Of a stretch of DNA of 64,000 nucleotides, positions 42,795 through 55,148 are shown in pieces (within the stretch, counting starts at the first letter, position 1; every line of letters begins with the position of its first letter). A model generated the notes under the pieces. It saw only the letters and a list, made by a program, of their open reading frames with translations. It did not search any database and was not told the DNA's origin. The position numbers were made by a program, and so were the translations under genes. Origin of the DNA: Laetmonice hystrix (Eukaryota); contig OZ249437.1 in NCBI GenBank assembly GCA_965235115.1, forward strand, positions 43,896,001-43,960,000, written 5' to 3'.

Positions 42795-45308
42795 CTGACA
42801 TTTTCGCTAACAGTAGTTGCCGCTAAATTTTAACCATAAAGCCTTCGCCATACTAGTAGGCCTACTAATTCTCAAATCGCTAAGATTTGTACCCGCTAAA
42901 TAGTTAATATTGAAAATTCGCTAAATTTTATACCCGCTAAAAGCCTAAATTATTTTGTTATAGCCTAAATAGCATTAATAGGGCCTCAGTAGGCCTACAG
43001 TAGTCCGTGGCTCAGGTTAGGCCTAACTTGCGGAAAAAGACACAGGGAAGTTAAACTGGTGCCGTTGAACATTAGCCTACTATAAAATAGACCTAACTGC
43101 ATGTCATTAGGCCTGCTACTTCAGCTTCAACTTTTGGTGTAGATAGGACGTACGACGAATCTTCTAATCTCATTCTCACTCAGTGTGGAAGGTTTAAATT
43201 AGGCAGGCCCCTAGGCCTATAGGCCTATAGGCTAAGCCTAGTCTTTTAACTTGAAGGTTCTACGAGTTCATGAAGTCCTACACACTCTACGCAATTTTCC
43301 ATAACAAAAGGTTGTAACGCATCCGGACATTGCTTGGCATAGCCTAGGCCTAAAATTTATATTTTACGTCTCTAGAATCGTGTGCTATGTTGTTGGAGCG
43401 CGGACCGGTACGACAGTGCTGCCACCAAGCGGAACAAGATTTTTACGAGTTGCCCCTTGCCCAGTGTGTATCAGCCCTATGCCGCTAGGTGGCAACGTTA
43501 GTCTACGATAGAGGGCGCCTTGAGATGAAGTATTATCGTCTTTCGATTTCCGTTTATTTCTCTGTAAAAGTTAAAGGTAATTAATCACCCTAGGACTGCC
43601 GAGTTTTGTCGGAGCGGTGTCCCCATCTCCTACGAATCCGCCGTATTTCAAGCTTACCTGATCTTGAATGTATCCCACTGGACTGATAAAACATTCTGTC
43701 GTAATCATAACGTTGTTGTGCTAGGTCTGTTGTTGATTATGAGCCATAATGAGGCCATACATCCCATATTTTTCATCTCAGTGGACTGAGAACCTAGAAA
43801 ACTGCCGCCCTAACGGTCATGGCGGTCGTTATACTAAGCAATGGGATTGGGTCTGGCGGTGACCTGGTCACGTGATGAATAATGAGGTCACCGCTGCCTC
43901 GCACTGCTCCCCCCCCCCGGTGCCCGCCCTCCCCCATAATCCAAATAAGGGCATGATTTGATTCGCGTGCTCTCGTCTCTAGCCAAATAGGTATTAAAAA
44001 TATTGTCGATATGGACGCGCCATGGTATACCAGACTGCTAGAAACCCCTTAAAATAATTGTTTTTACTCAAGTTTTGTTGAATTGACTGCGTTTATTTCA
44101 ATTTTCGGACTGATTTCCTTTAATACCAGAACTACAGTATGGGCGACCACTTCTTTAAAAGCTTTTGGCATAACTGATGTATACTATCACACCCTTGCTT
44201 AGGCCTATAATGTTGTTTAACAATCCTACTGACCTAGCCGAGACATCTTTATGAAATAGGCCCTAGCTACATTCTCTCAGTAGGTCCTATAGGCCTACAG
44301 CGAAATGAAGTAAACACCAAGACGATCAATCGTAATACATAGGCTATTTATTTTTTTTGTAAGACACTTTTCTGAATACATTACTGGGAACCCCGGCATT
44401 GGATATGTATGTAGGCCTAACGTTGGATAACTGGGAGATGGGAACATGTAGGCCTACTATATTGCTCAAATGGCAGGGTGTCTCGCTACTATAAAATCAC
44501 AGTTAGGCCTATTAATATGCAGCCAGCTGCATGCAGCGTGTGAATTTATGCGAGAACCTGATTACGTTCATGCTATCCTGAGGATCTTCCTCAACATGCA
44601 GTTAGAGATGCCACTTTGTGAAAAGGAGTAGCAAATCTAACTTCCAAAATTGTCTTTCCCATGACCGTCACATAACCTCGCAGCTCTCGCGTTCTCCTTT
44701 CTCCGAGTCAGCCAAGTCCCCAAGGTCGAGAAATTCCTCGTCACTGGAAAAAAGGTTACTTGTACTTGTTCAGATGTTCATAAGTTGGGCTCTTCAGATG
44801 TCAGAGATGTATGCTAACGAACTTAGTTCTAAAATACGGCCGGTCAGAAAATTAGTGGCACTGGACTTCCACGTGGCAAAGACAAATCCAGCTAGGGGCC
44901 CTCCCCAGAATTGTTTTTTCAGGAAGGTCGGAGAAAGATCAGTTGGAAATTTGTCAGAAATTTTTCAACGTAATCCCATTATTTGTATGCATGAAACATC
45001 GTCAAGAGTCTGGAAAATGGGGGAGGGGGCCGGGGGAGGAGCCTGAATCCGCCACTGACATCGTACACATCGGTAGGCCTACTAGGATAATAGGGGTCTA
45101 CATTACGTACTCGGGTACGAGGGCGAGGAGAAGTTTCGTGAAGAATCTATCGTCGACACTAACTGGGTCAACCTCGATAAACTGTTGTGATGTGCGTCCT
45201 TTCAGCCTAGTTCCACCACGTGGAAGTTCCCGTTGAGTCGTTTTCTGCTTGGCCGTCGGTTCTGGCTTTTTGGGTAGTAGCTCAACGCTGCCTGAAAAGG
45301 ATGAATCC

Positions 45309-45392
45309 GGATACAAACAATAATATGCCGATATACGAGTCCACCCAATAGGATACAAACAATAATATTCCGACATACGAGTCCACCCAATA
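45309..45392. repeat. 42-bp tandem duplication
   Basis: GGATACAAACAATAATATKCCGAYATACGAGTCCACCCAATA at 45309 and 45351. Confidence 0.85.
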
Positions 45393-45813
45393 GTTTTACA
45401 AGCCTTAAGGCCCAGATCCACAGACCGATTTCGAATAGTTTTGCAAGCCTTAATTGTTGTCTATATTTCTATTCCGAAATTTTTATGAGGGTTCTGTCAC
45501 GTAGGCATATATACTTACACAGAACCATTGGTTTAATTATGCAAGCTATCTACATGCTCACTTACTTATAGGGTTCTCACCCTCCGGTACCTCGATGGCT
45601 ACTGGATCTCTCCTGTCAAGTGGTCTCGCGCCGTGCTCAGACATCCCTTCAAAAATGTAAAAATCAGGCCGACTTAAATTTGATAGATTCTAAATATCGG
45701 CTGTTTTGTTCATGTATGGAGATGCCTTCTAAATATTAACGTTATTTACTGGTGGATGGACCTTCATACTATAAGGAACAGTATACGAAATATAAACCCA
45801 TAAAATATAAACA

Positions 45814-48800
45814 CTAACTCAGTACAATGTCGACCGTATCCCTTGCCCGAACACCATAGAAGGCAAGGGTCCTTCCATTTTCCAAGAGCGCACCACCAAA
45901 GAGCCAGCGGGGGTCCTCGCCCCATGGGCCGTTCCTGGCTGCCAGTTGACACCGAAGTTCTCTACAACGATGCAAGCCAATTTTCATAATGAATGAGAAT
46001 CCTTCACAATACTGATTGTCGTCATGTGGCTTTAATATCCCTTCATAAAATTGAGACAGGTCTCGTGTCTCCGATTTTGAGCGGTATAAGCAATTTCAAA
46101 CCTTATCGTTGTATTTCCAGAGGCTTCCAATTCATACATCCGGCCCGAGAGAACGCGGACGTAGACAGTAAAGAGGTCCTTTGGTTTGTTTGTTGTAGCG
46201 AATACTTTTACTGTAGGTAGACTCCGCAGTATTTCGTCCTTCTGTAGCAACTCAAACAGGAACGCTGGTTTCTGTCCAAGTTTTTAAAAATCATACAATT
46301 ATTGATCTAAGGTATTTTGCCTACAAGGGTTGAGGAAGCACCGCTGAAATTGGGCCAGATTGACAAATAAGCTAGAGTTTGGAAACATGCGGGTGAAAAA
46401 GGTCTAAATAATAGTATTTTGTTCCACATGTCTCACCTTTTTTTCAGAAATACCCCCCTAGGAACTCCTAGGTGCACAACTGCTTAAGAAGTGGGGTTTC
46501 AGAATTCCTATTTTATATCCTCACTTGAATCGTGATATGAATAGCCTTCTCTGTCAAAAACTTCTGAGTTTTCGTTCGTGTTAACCTATACAAGAAGGTA
46601 CCCCGTATAACAACACGATACCTACACGTATCCATTTCGTTGATCCCAAAAAGCGTTTGACGTCTGATAAAAAAAATATTGGTTTATCTTCACTTCCTTG
46701 CTCGCCACCGACGGCGAAGTCCTGTTGGACGTTTTCTATTATATGACCAAACGTTGGAATTTTAGTGAGATCTACAACAATCTCATTGCCATGCCCGTCT
46801 ATTACTTGTAACTTTTCCATGAGAATGAAGGCCATCTTTCGCAATCTTTCTTCTTTTCTAATGCAGTTCCTGTAAAACGAAGGGTGTAGCCTGCAAACAT
46901 ATGACGTTAAATTGAGATAATCTGTTTACGTATACCTGCCAAGGTAGGTATCTATATTTCCACCAAAAGCATAGTCGTGTGCCTGGCCGTGCAACGCTGT
47001 GCAACTGTCGGTGAACACAGCGGTGTAGCAGATGATCCACTTCGTGACAATTACGGACGCTCCTGTGATGACGTAAATGCTCCTAAGTTTTCATCGTCTG
47101 GCGATATTTACGTCGAGACGAAGGTCTAGATTATTGGTTTTCTCTGGTCCATATATCACCGTATTTACCCAATTAAATTATTATTTATCATGTGAAAAGG
47201 AATATTTTTGTTTGAGATAATTAAGACTTTGAAGCAGTGAGCCAAGCTAGGGAGAGCCATTCTTGGCTGCTGGGTACTGATTCTCACTCCAACCCAGATA
47301 GCCCACCATGTGCTCTATACAAACTGTCCACACCCCACAGAGGAAACAAATAAAGAAGTGAACATTTTAACGCATCTGAGCATAGACCAATGGGTGCATC
47401 TTGCTGACAGTCTAAACATGTTGAAGGGTCATCGAGATATACGCCATCGTCTACGATCCGTTATACAGGGTGTCTTTAAAAAAGGAAACCGAGATTAAAG
47501 TATGTATTTCTCAGATGCTCTTAATTAGGCCTACACGTATTTGAAAAAAAACCGGTAACAACTACTACCTATTACATAGTCATGGCCTCTGTCTGATGAC
47601 ACCAAGAAATCCACAGTACCGTCATGGATGATTGAGCACGAATCGTTCCAAGGGACTTTGTTAGAAATGGCCTTGCACCGGAACACTGTGCGGATAGACC
47701 TGTCGTTAATGTGGTGCAAAGCCATATCTGACATGGTCCTTTAGAACAATTCGTGCTCAGTCATCCGTGATGGTACCATGGATTTCTTAATTTCTCGTGT
47801 CATAAGAAAGAGGGCATGATTATGTAATACAAGGTGGTTTCCAAATAATTAACAGCATCCAAGAAATAAAACGTTAATCTCGGTTCCTTTTTAGGACACC
47901 TTGTATAAGGTTACACACCTCAATTTGGTCTTACCTTAAGGTCATCTGCATGTCGGACGTTATGACCTCTTCCACAGGGCTGTCGTACTCGGCAGTCGTC
48001 CAGTGCACTAAAGCGCAGCGAGGACTGGCCACCCACTCTCCAAACTCGTGTACCATTTCCCGAAACAGTTCACTCGCTGTGCACTCCAGAGGCATCTCTA
48101 GACGCTGGCACTTTTCAATATGATGCGCCCGCACATCAAACTACAAAATAAGTAGCCAGTAACCTAGCCTTTACTGGTGTGTGCAGTGAGACGCAGAGAG
48201 ACGCACGGAATGTTTGTCGTCAGGGGCGTCCGCAGGGACGCGAACGGGGTGTAATCAACATAGACGCCAAAAGGTATTCAGAATGGGGTGGAGAAGACCA
48301 AATGAAAGAGGCCACTATAGGGGGTGGGGTCGAAAGATAGGCCAATTCTAAACCTGATGCCCCTGCAGCTGGGGAGGGACAAGTTTCCTCTATCTTGGGA
48401 ATTGGGGGTGTTTCCTCCTTAGGTTCAAGTGGCGAGGAATTGCTTTAAGACGGTATAACACTGGCATCAACGTATTATTTGTACGTGGCGCCACAAAAAG
48501 GTACGCGACTTTTGTAACGTTTACCTGTTACTGAACGCATCCTACTAGGTACTAGATTTCGATCCTCGCCAATTTCGCTATTCCGGTCAAATGTTGCTAC
48601 TCGGGTCGTCGATTTCGATCCTCGGCTCGCAGATTTCGGTTCTCGGGTCCAATGTCCCGAGTTGCGAAATCTGCGAGCCGAGGATCGATATCGACGAACC
48701 GAGTAGCAACATCTGACCGATCTAGTGGCGACATTTGTGACCCGAGGATCGAAATCTCCCAGCCGAGAATGTTTGTACTTTTCGGCCACAGTAGTAGGCC

Positions 48801-50360
48801 TACAAGATCAGCCTCCAGTATGAGTGGCATACGTACCTCCAGCGTGCGAGAGCCTGTCTCCGGCTGAAAGGTACACAGAATACAAGTATGATCAAACTGT
48901 CTCTTGGTGCGTGGTTTGGGCGGCGGCTCCTCGGTTTTCTTTTTTCTTGCTTGGTTGCCCTTTCGTGCAGGCGGGGAGGGTGATGTCGGCTCTTCGAGAC
49001 AAAACGTAAACGTCAGCGGTCGATCGATAGGCCTCTCCAGGTCACAGAAGGAATAGGCGCTAAGTAGGAGTGAGCCTGCACAATGAGGATTCCATCTAAG
49101 TATTGCGTACAGCCGACAGGTAAAATATAAGTTTGTTGTCTGCATCATTTCAATGGATAGATGTAAATCCTATTGGAGCATGCTTTGCCACATAGCCCTA
49201 TGTAGGCCTATGCATCAGTCGTTCCCACTGGGGGCGTACCGCCCCATCAGGGGGGCATTTTGGGGGAAAAAGCATGCACTAATATACATTGTGAGGAGTA
49301 CGTATGTATTCTAATATATAATTGTGCAATTCGTCCCCTCCTTGCATACCGGCTATTTACTGCTACTTTCTTTTTACTTTTTTTTATGAATCCTCTACTT
49401 TTCTTGTATTACACTTCCCTCATTACTCGTTCTGCACGCTTACCTATACATACACCATCAAGTTCAATTTTGACCATGGCTAAGTGATCATTAGCATTAC
49501 TAAAGCGAAGCTTGTAAATGCTGTTCCTTGGAACTTCGACGAGAGCTTCCCCCTCCTTCCTAATCTTGTGTTCGTAGCCGACCACCTCCACGCCATAGCC
49601 ATCCGCGGTGAGCCCGGACGGGCCTTGCAAGACCTTCACCGGCCGTGGTTCGTCCGAATGCGGGCCCTGCTCACGGGTTGGCAATGGTGGACTCGCCGTT
49701 TCGTATCTACAACAGGTGTAAAGATCAACTTGGCCCTGAGAGGGAATACAAATAAGTCTAATCACAATATCAGTTACATTTGCTTTTTTGAAATGACGTA
49801 GCATACCGGCGTATATATAGGACAATGCACCTGTTTGCCTATTTTCACAATGTATATGGGCCATCTATCTTTTCGTTACGATTTGCTTGATATCATTAAT
49901 CGTGTTAGAAGGCAAATGTACAGTTAAAAATGTCCTGTAAATTTTACGGAATAGTTCCGACAACAGCGGGTACTAGAACTGTTCCGTAAATTTTGCGGTT
50001 GACCGTAAAACCGTAAAAATGTTTTACGGGTTTGCCCCTAAAATCGCCATACAAAATTAGTTGTCGAATGTTTGTATCATGCATGAAAACCGTTTCTCTG
50101 CATTTGCCATAATCTTTGATGACATATCTTGATACCAGAAGGCAAATATAGACTAAATAGGACAAGAGACAAAGATTCGTATATAGAGAGAAAATCTATA
50201 ATCTCCCCGCCCACGGAATGTCTTTTCACATGTACGGACAGTCGCCCCCGATGATATAAGCTCCCAATGTGCACCAGGTCGGAGACAGTTCCATTCACCT
50301 TACACGACACAGCCACGCCCTGTTGTACAGCGTGATATTAGCTTACCTGTCACTTTTCAT
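45814..50360 (-). CDS. Uncharacterised protein: beta-rich N-terminal domain plus 1 clear and 2 probable ubiquitin-like domains, no C-terminal GG; 7 exons, about 427-434 aa
   Basis: Exons 50360-50347 (start exon uncertain), 49706-49444, 49075-48837, 48140-47935, 46869(or 46890)-46626, 46271-46102, 45961-45814; GT-AG and phase-consistent throughout. C-terminal FTVYVRVLSGRMYELEASGNTTIRELRCQLAARNGPWGEDPRWLFGGALLENGRTLAFYGVRARDTVDIVLS* is a clear ubiquitin-fold sequence. Confidence 0.78.
47462..47907. mobile_element. Tc1/mariner-type foldback MITE, intronic
   Basis: TATACAGGGTGTCTTTAAAAAAGGAAACCGAGATTA ... TAATCTCGGTTCCTTTTTAGGACACCTTGTATA. The interior is also self-complementary (about 47600-47680 vs 47715-47800), so the whole element is an imperfect hairpin with TA ends. 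Confidence 0.8.
48554..48757. repeat. About 200-bp GC-rich inverted repeat (hairpin), intronic
   Basis: AGATTTCGATCCTCG...GATCCTCGGCTCGCAGATTTCG / CGAAATCTGCGAGCCGAGGATC...CGAGGATCGAAATCT. Short loop near 48650. Confidence 0.85.
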
Positions 50361-51249
50361 AATTCTCTGGGGTAACACAGCACGGAGGGGAATAGCATAT
50401 AATTGTCAGCACACCTGTATTATCGCATGTTACCGTACACGGTGGTATACAAACATAGGCTATACAAGTAGACCTAACCATATCATTCAAATGTATGCCG
50501 GAGTGAAGGGACCAATCACCTGAACCTTTTTGTACCGTCGGCATTTTCCATTCTCTATATCTGCCTTTCGCACCGGCTGACATAGAAACTATCTTCTATA
50601 TGTTTCATGAAAAAAGTACTCAGTTCAGGTACAGAATTCCCATTGGCAGAGAAGGTGCATGGAAACGTAATAAAATATCCATATGTCAACAAAGCACTAA
50701 ATTACCAATCAATACATCAATACATAACAACGTGACAAGCAACATGTACAACATGATACAGGAATAACGTTAGAAATCTCACTTATTTCGAACATCTCCC
50801 ATAGTTGGTTCAATTGTTGAGTCCGTCGTATGTCAACCAAACTTGACCAGCAACGCGTAGTGTATCTGACCAATATGCCGTGGCCGCCAGGAGCTTACAG
50901 TGATAATCGCGGCTCCGAGTATCGACTCCTATCTGACTGTCGATGAACTACTGCCTGCCTTCTGTCTCTTGTAGTGAAACGACCGGATCTGGCGTCCGCT
51001 GGCAGGAGCGCTGCAGGGAGGTCTGAAAGTCACTGGCACGATATTAACACGTGTGGTAAAGTAACTTGCTGCACGCCAGACCTGTATAGGCCTAGTATAG
51101 CGGCAGTGTGTGTACGTGTGTATAGGCCTATATAGTACGCACACTAAAACCTCCCCGTCATGCCTCCGCTATAGTAGCCCCTGCAAGCCTTTTGTTTTTT
51201 CTTCAGCTGGTGTTTTAATAGTACGGTGCATGGCTAAGAAAGGACATGC

Positions 51250-51538
51250 AAACATTATTTTTTAGTTTCTCGACTTTTCATTTTTCTGACTTTCTGTCAA
51301 AAGACGAGAAAACGGAAGTGAAATGTGGAGAAGTGTGAAAAAGTCAGGGAAACGAAAAGTAGAGAAAATGGGGAAATTTTGTACAAAAAAAGTTTGAAAA
51401 CGGAAGTGAAAAGTCAGAAAAACGGAAGTGAAAATTTAGGAAAACGGAAGTGCAATGTTGAGAAAACAATTATAGCTGAAAAAAAGCCACGAAGGCGAAA
51501 AGTCGAGAAAACGAAAACAAAATTGTACAAAAAGTCCT
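51250..51538. mobile_element. Truncated copy of the AAAACGGAAGTG-subrepeat foldback family
   Basis: Repeated AAAACGGAAGTG, AAAAGTCAG and GTCGAGAAAA modules, as in 59070-59870. Confidence 0.6.
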
Positions 51539-52276
51539 AAGTGATAGCACTGCTAGTGTTGCCATCTATAAAACTACCATTTTGCCGTATGTGGAATACG
51601 GAGATATTATAGGCCGGGAGGAAAATTGGAGCTGTTAAACCAAGTCCAACCTATATACAGAATATAGTTGCCTCCCGTATGTGTTTATGTGCTCCACCGC
51701 ACGAACTGGTATCATGGACGTTTATATGGATAAAAGACAGCTCCCGACTGGCACATGATGTATCGGCAATGGAAGTACATGTAGGCTTACCACCGAATAA
51801 CACCTTGTTTATATATACCAAGAGTGGCATGTACCGAGCTGCTGCTGCTGAGAATGATCTGCCCCCGATATCAAGGGCATAAACACCTACTCCAAATCCC
51901 AATACCAACAGAAAACGTTTCTCAGATCAAAATTATAGTATAGACTGACTGATCAAACATCTTCAATTATTCATTCATCCATCATTATAACCAGCTGAGG
52001 CTAGCAACATTCTTCCCTAACAAATACTATAAATTTAATTATATTATTATTTTACGAGCCAATAAACACCGCTCTCTGGTGTCTTGGGGATACCAGCACG
52101 TTGTTGCCGACCTTGTATAGGCGTACACCAGTTTAAATAAACAGAAATTATATACATGCATATTAAAAAAAGATAAATCAGGCTGAAATCATTTTCTTGT
52201 TGGGTTATTACAAATTGCACGTTAATAGATAATTTCAGTTATTTTAGTATAATTTCAGTTTAGGCCTATAAGAAGG

Positions 52277-52362
<86 letters not shown>

Positions 52363-52371
52363 GAGAGAGAG
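52277..52371. repeat. (GA)n microsatellite
   Basis: About 95 bp of GA with occasional GATA. Confidence 0.97.
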
Positions 52372-54523
52372 GGGGGATACATGCGTATATAACAGAACAT
52401 AGGCCTATAACATTGTCATCTCATGGCCGGGTGCAATAATACTCCGCGTGTAGTTCGCATAGTATTATAATAACACGGGCCGTAAATATACATACTTACT
52501 GCTTTCTGTCGTTCCCTCACCAGTCATCACCGTCAGGAAAGTCAGAGAAGTCGTGTATTAACGACTAAAAGTTGACAAATGTTTGCAGTGGTGGTTACTC
52601 TACCAAACAGGAATCATTTAGGCCGCCATGGTATCTACAAGTAAACTGTTGTACAATATCGCGGACTGACCTTTGGTACATGATGGGTATAGGCCTATAT
52701 ACGCGGATCATGGCCTATATAGAGCCATGGCTGTATGGGCGCATCCGACTTTTTTCCGAGTTAGACCTTAATTAGGATAAAACAGTATTGACTTACTTTG
52801 GCATTTCACCCAACTAAACGGAGAGGAGAGGACGTCCCAATCTGCCAGCATACACCCGCCGCAAACAGGGGAGCAGTGCATGAGTCTATACATATATCTT
52901 TCCGTGTCGTCCGTTGAACTATGATGACGTAGCCTATATAGATAGATTTTTCAGAGGCGGATCTATAGGATTTTACATCTTCGGGGGATAGGCCTATATG
53001 GAGGAGGATGTTGGCGCGTATAGTCAAGTAGACAAGTCATGCCCCACTCCCCCTGGATCCACCACTATGTGGTAGGACTACATGCAGGTCTTATCGATGA
53101 CTTGCATAAATTGCTTCAGGCTCTTAGTTACAGCAAAGATCAGTTCATCAGTCTTTGGTTAAGCCTGGTTCACATAGGACCGTAAACTGGAAATCGCTTG
53201 CCGGAAGCCGCAAGCCGGGAAGTTGAACAGGTTTCAACTTTCCCGGTTTACAGCGACTCACGATCTACCGCCGGCTGTTAGCGCAAGCCGGAAAATATCT
53301 CATTGTGTCATATTCGCAACACATGCATCCAAAAGAAAGAAATATTATTTATAACCATTTGCATGAAATGTAACTCCACATTTAGTGTAATAAACGCGAG
53401 AAAATAGTGACAGAGAAGTAGATTTAATACAATAACTATAAGCCAACGTTTCTGTGTAAAATGAGGTGTTCTGTATAAGCCTAGGCCTAAACAAATTATG
53501 CGAAAACGTCCGGCCATAATCGGGGTACATTATCCAGGGGCGGATCCAGAAGGGGTGTCCTATAGGGGCGGCACAGCCAGAAGGGGGTGTCCCGGGGGCG
53601 CAGTAATCCTAATGGTAAAAAGGGCCTGAAGTATAAAACGGGGATTGGCCACTTTTGGGAGTATAGGGGGCACGTACCCCCCCCCCCCCCCCCCCGCGCC
53701 TGTTATCACAATTTTTCCCACAATACCGGGACGTGATACCGATGATCCACTATATGTGCCATTAAATGATGTGCAGATTATTTGAGATATAGGCCTCGGA
53801 CAAACTCGTTCCAAGGTGATTTTCATTCAAATTAAATGTATAGGCCTAAACATGCATGTAATTTGTCTGCATGGACAAATATATAGTCCTCAAGAATTGG
53901 GATTGGCCGTTGCAAATGATGTCTTATAAAGAAAGCCAGGTGTGCCTCGCCACGCTACTCGACTTCGTGGGTTTTGATTACAAAATTTTTATTGCGTTGT
54001 GCTCCGATCATTTTAATAAGAAAATACATAACCGTCTTCGTCTGAGCTAGGCCTATCCTTTTTTGACTGTTTGAGGTCTTGATTCTTAGTTATTTACTTT
54101 TTCTGAAGACTTAGGCATATTTCACAATAGAAGTGCCTAGAATATGTTTCCTCTCTACTTAAACCTGAGGGCTGAATTATTAACATCCTTTATGACGCCT
54201 ATTCTGCATGTTGCTTTAGCAACACGTGACCTAAGGATCACATGGAGCCTGCACGCGCCGGCCCGAGGGTATCACTGACTCAATAGGCCTACACTTATTC
54301 GGATAGGTGAACTGCCATTCTTTTTATGAGTTAGTATGCTGTCCTGCAGGTGCTCGCAAAAACTACGAGAAGAAAATCGTCATTGTTAACACCGGCAGAC
54401 ACGTTTTGACGGAAGGACCTCTGCGAGGAACTTGGTCCTAAAGGGACATTTACCCTGAAGTGGCGTATCCAGGGGGGGGGGGGGGGGGTCCAAGTATCCC
54501 GGAACCCCCCTTCAAATAAATTA

Positions 54524-54726
54524 CTAAATTAAGGGCATTTTTGTAAAACACTAGTGTAAAAAGTGCATTATTTTAACCAAAGGAAATCTTCATATTTTCA
54601 AACAAGACGTTCGGAGATTGCATCATTTGATGTCTTTTTTTTAATTCCCAGAGGAGCATTTATATTTATATATTGACACGTTTTACAACCCCATTACACA
54701 CTTAGGCCTACATCCTCTGACTTGCA
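54524..54726 (+). repeat. Dispersed about 200-bp repeat, copy 1
   Basis: CTAAATTAAGGGCATTTTTGTAA...TAGGCCTACATCCTCTGACTTGCA, nearly identical to 62650-62854. Confidence 0.9.
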
Positions 54727-54970
54727 TATAATAGTGCACATGGCGATGTGGGACCCAGGAACGATCGAATCCTTGTTTAGCTCACACATACGTAAAGTCA
54801 GTAATGAAGTCCTTTATGGAAACCGTGGTTATGTCAACCAACGATCCAGAACCAAGGCTTGCACTATCCTAGCGTCTGATAAGGTATTGTAAACGTTTTA
54901 GCTTAGAATTGAAATGACGTTTTTATGACGTTTTGTAAGACCCGAGATATATTTTGTTCTCCTTGTCCTC

Positions 54971-55148
54971 GTAACTCTGTGGTTTGGTGATTATTGACGT
55001 CCGAATACGTACACCTAACTCTGCGGTTTGGTGATTATTGACGTCCAAATACGTACACCTAACTCTGCGGCTTGGTGATTACTTGACGTCCGAATACGTA
55101 CACCTAACTCTGCGGCTTGGCGATTACTTGATGTCCGAATACGTACAC
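54971..55148 (-). repeat. Four-copy 44/45-bp tandem repeat made from the last 15 GDA codons including the stop
   Basis: Unit GTGTACGTATTCGGACGTCAAGTAATCACCAAGCCGCAGAGTTAG on -. Copies at 55104-55148 (coding), 55059-55103, 55015-55058, 54971-55014. Confidence 0.93.

Noticed and set aside
44618-45421. ORFs of 97-142 aa downstream of the UBL-fusion gene
   Set aside because: No motif, overlapping frames on both strands, partly from tandem duplications; likely UTR or intergenic.
53160-53300. Harbinger-like element starting TAA|GCCTGGTTCACAT
   Set aside because: Matching right TIR not found; fragment only.
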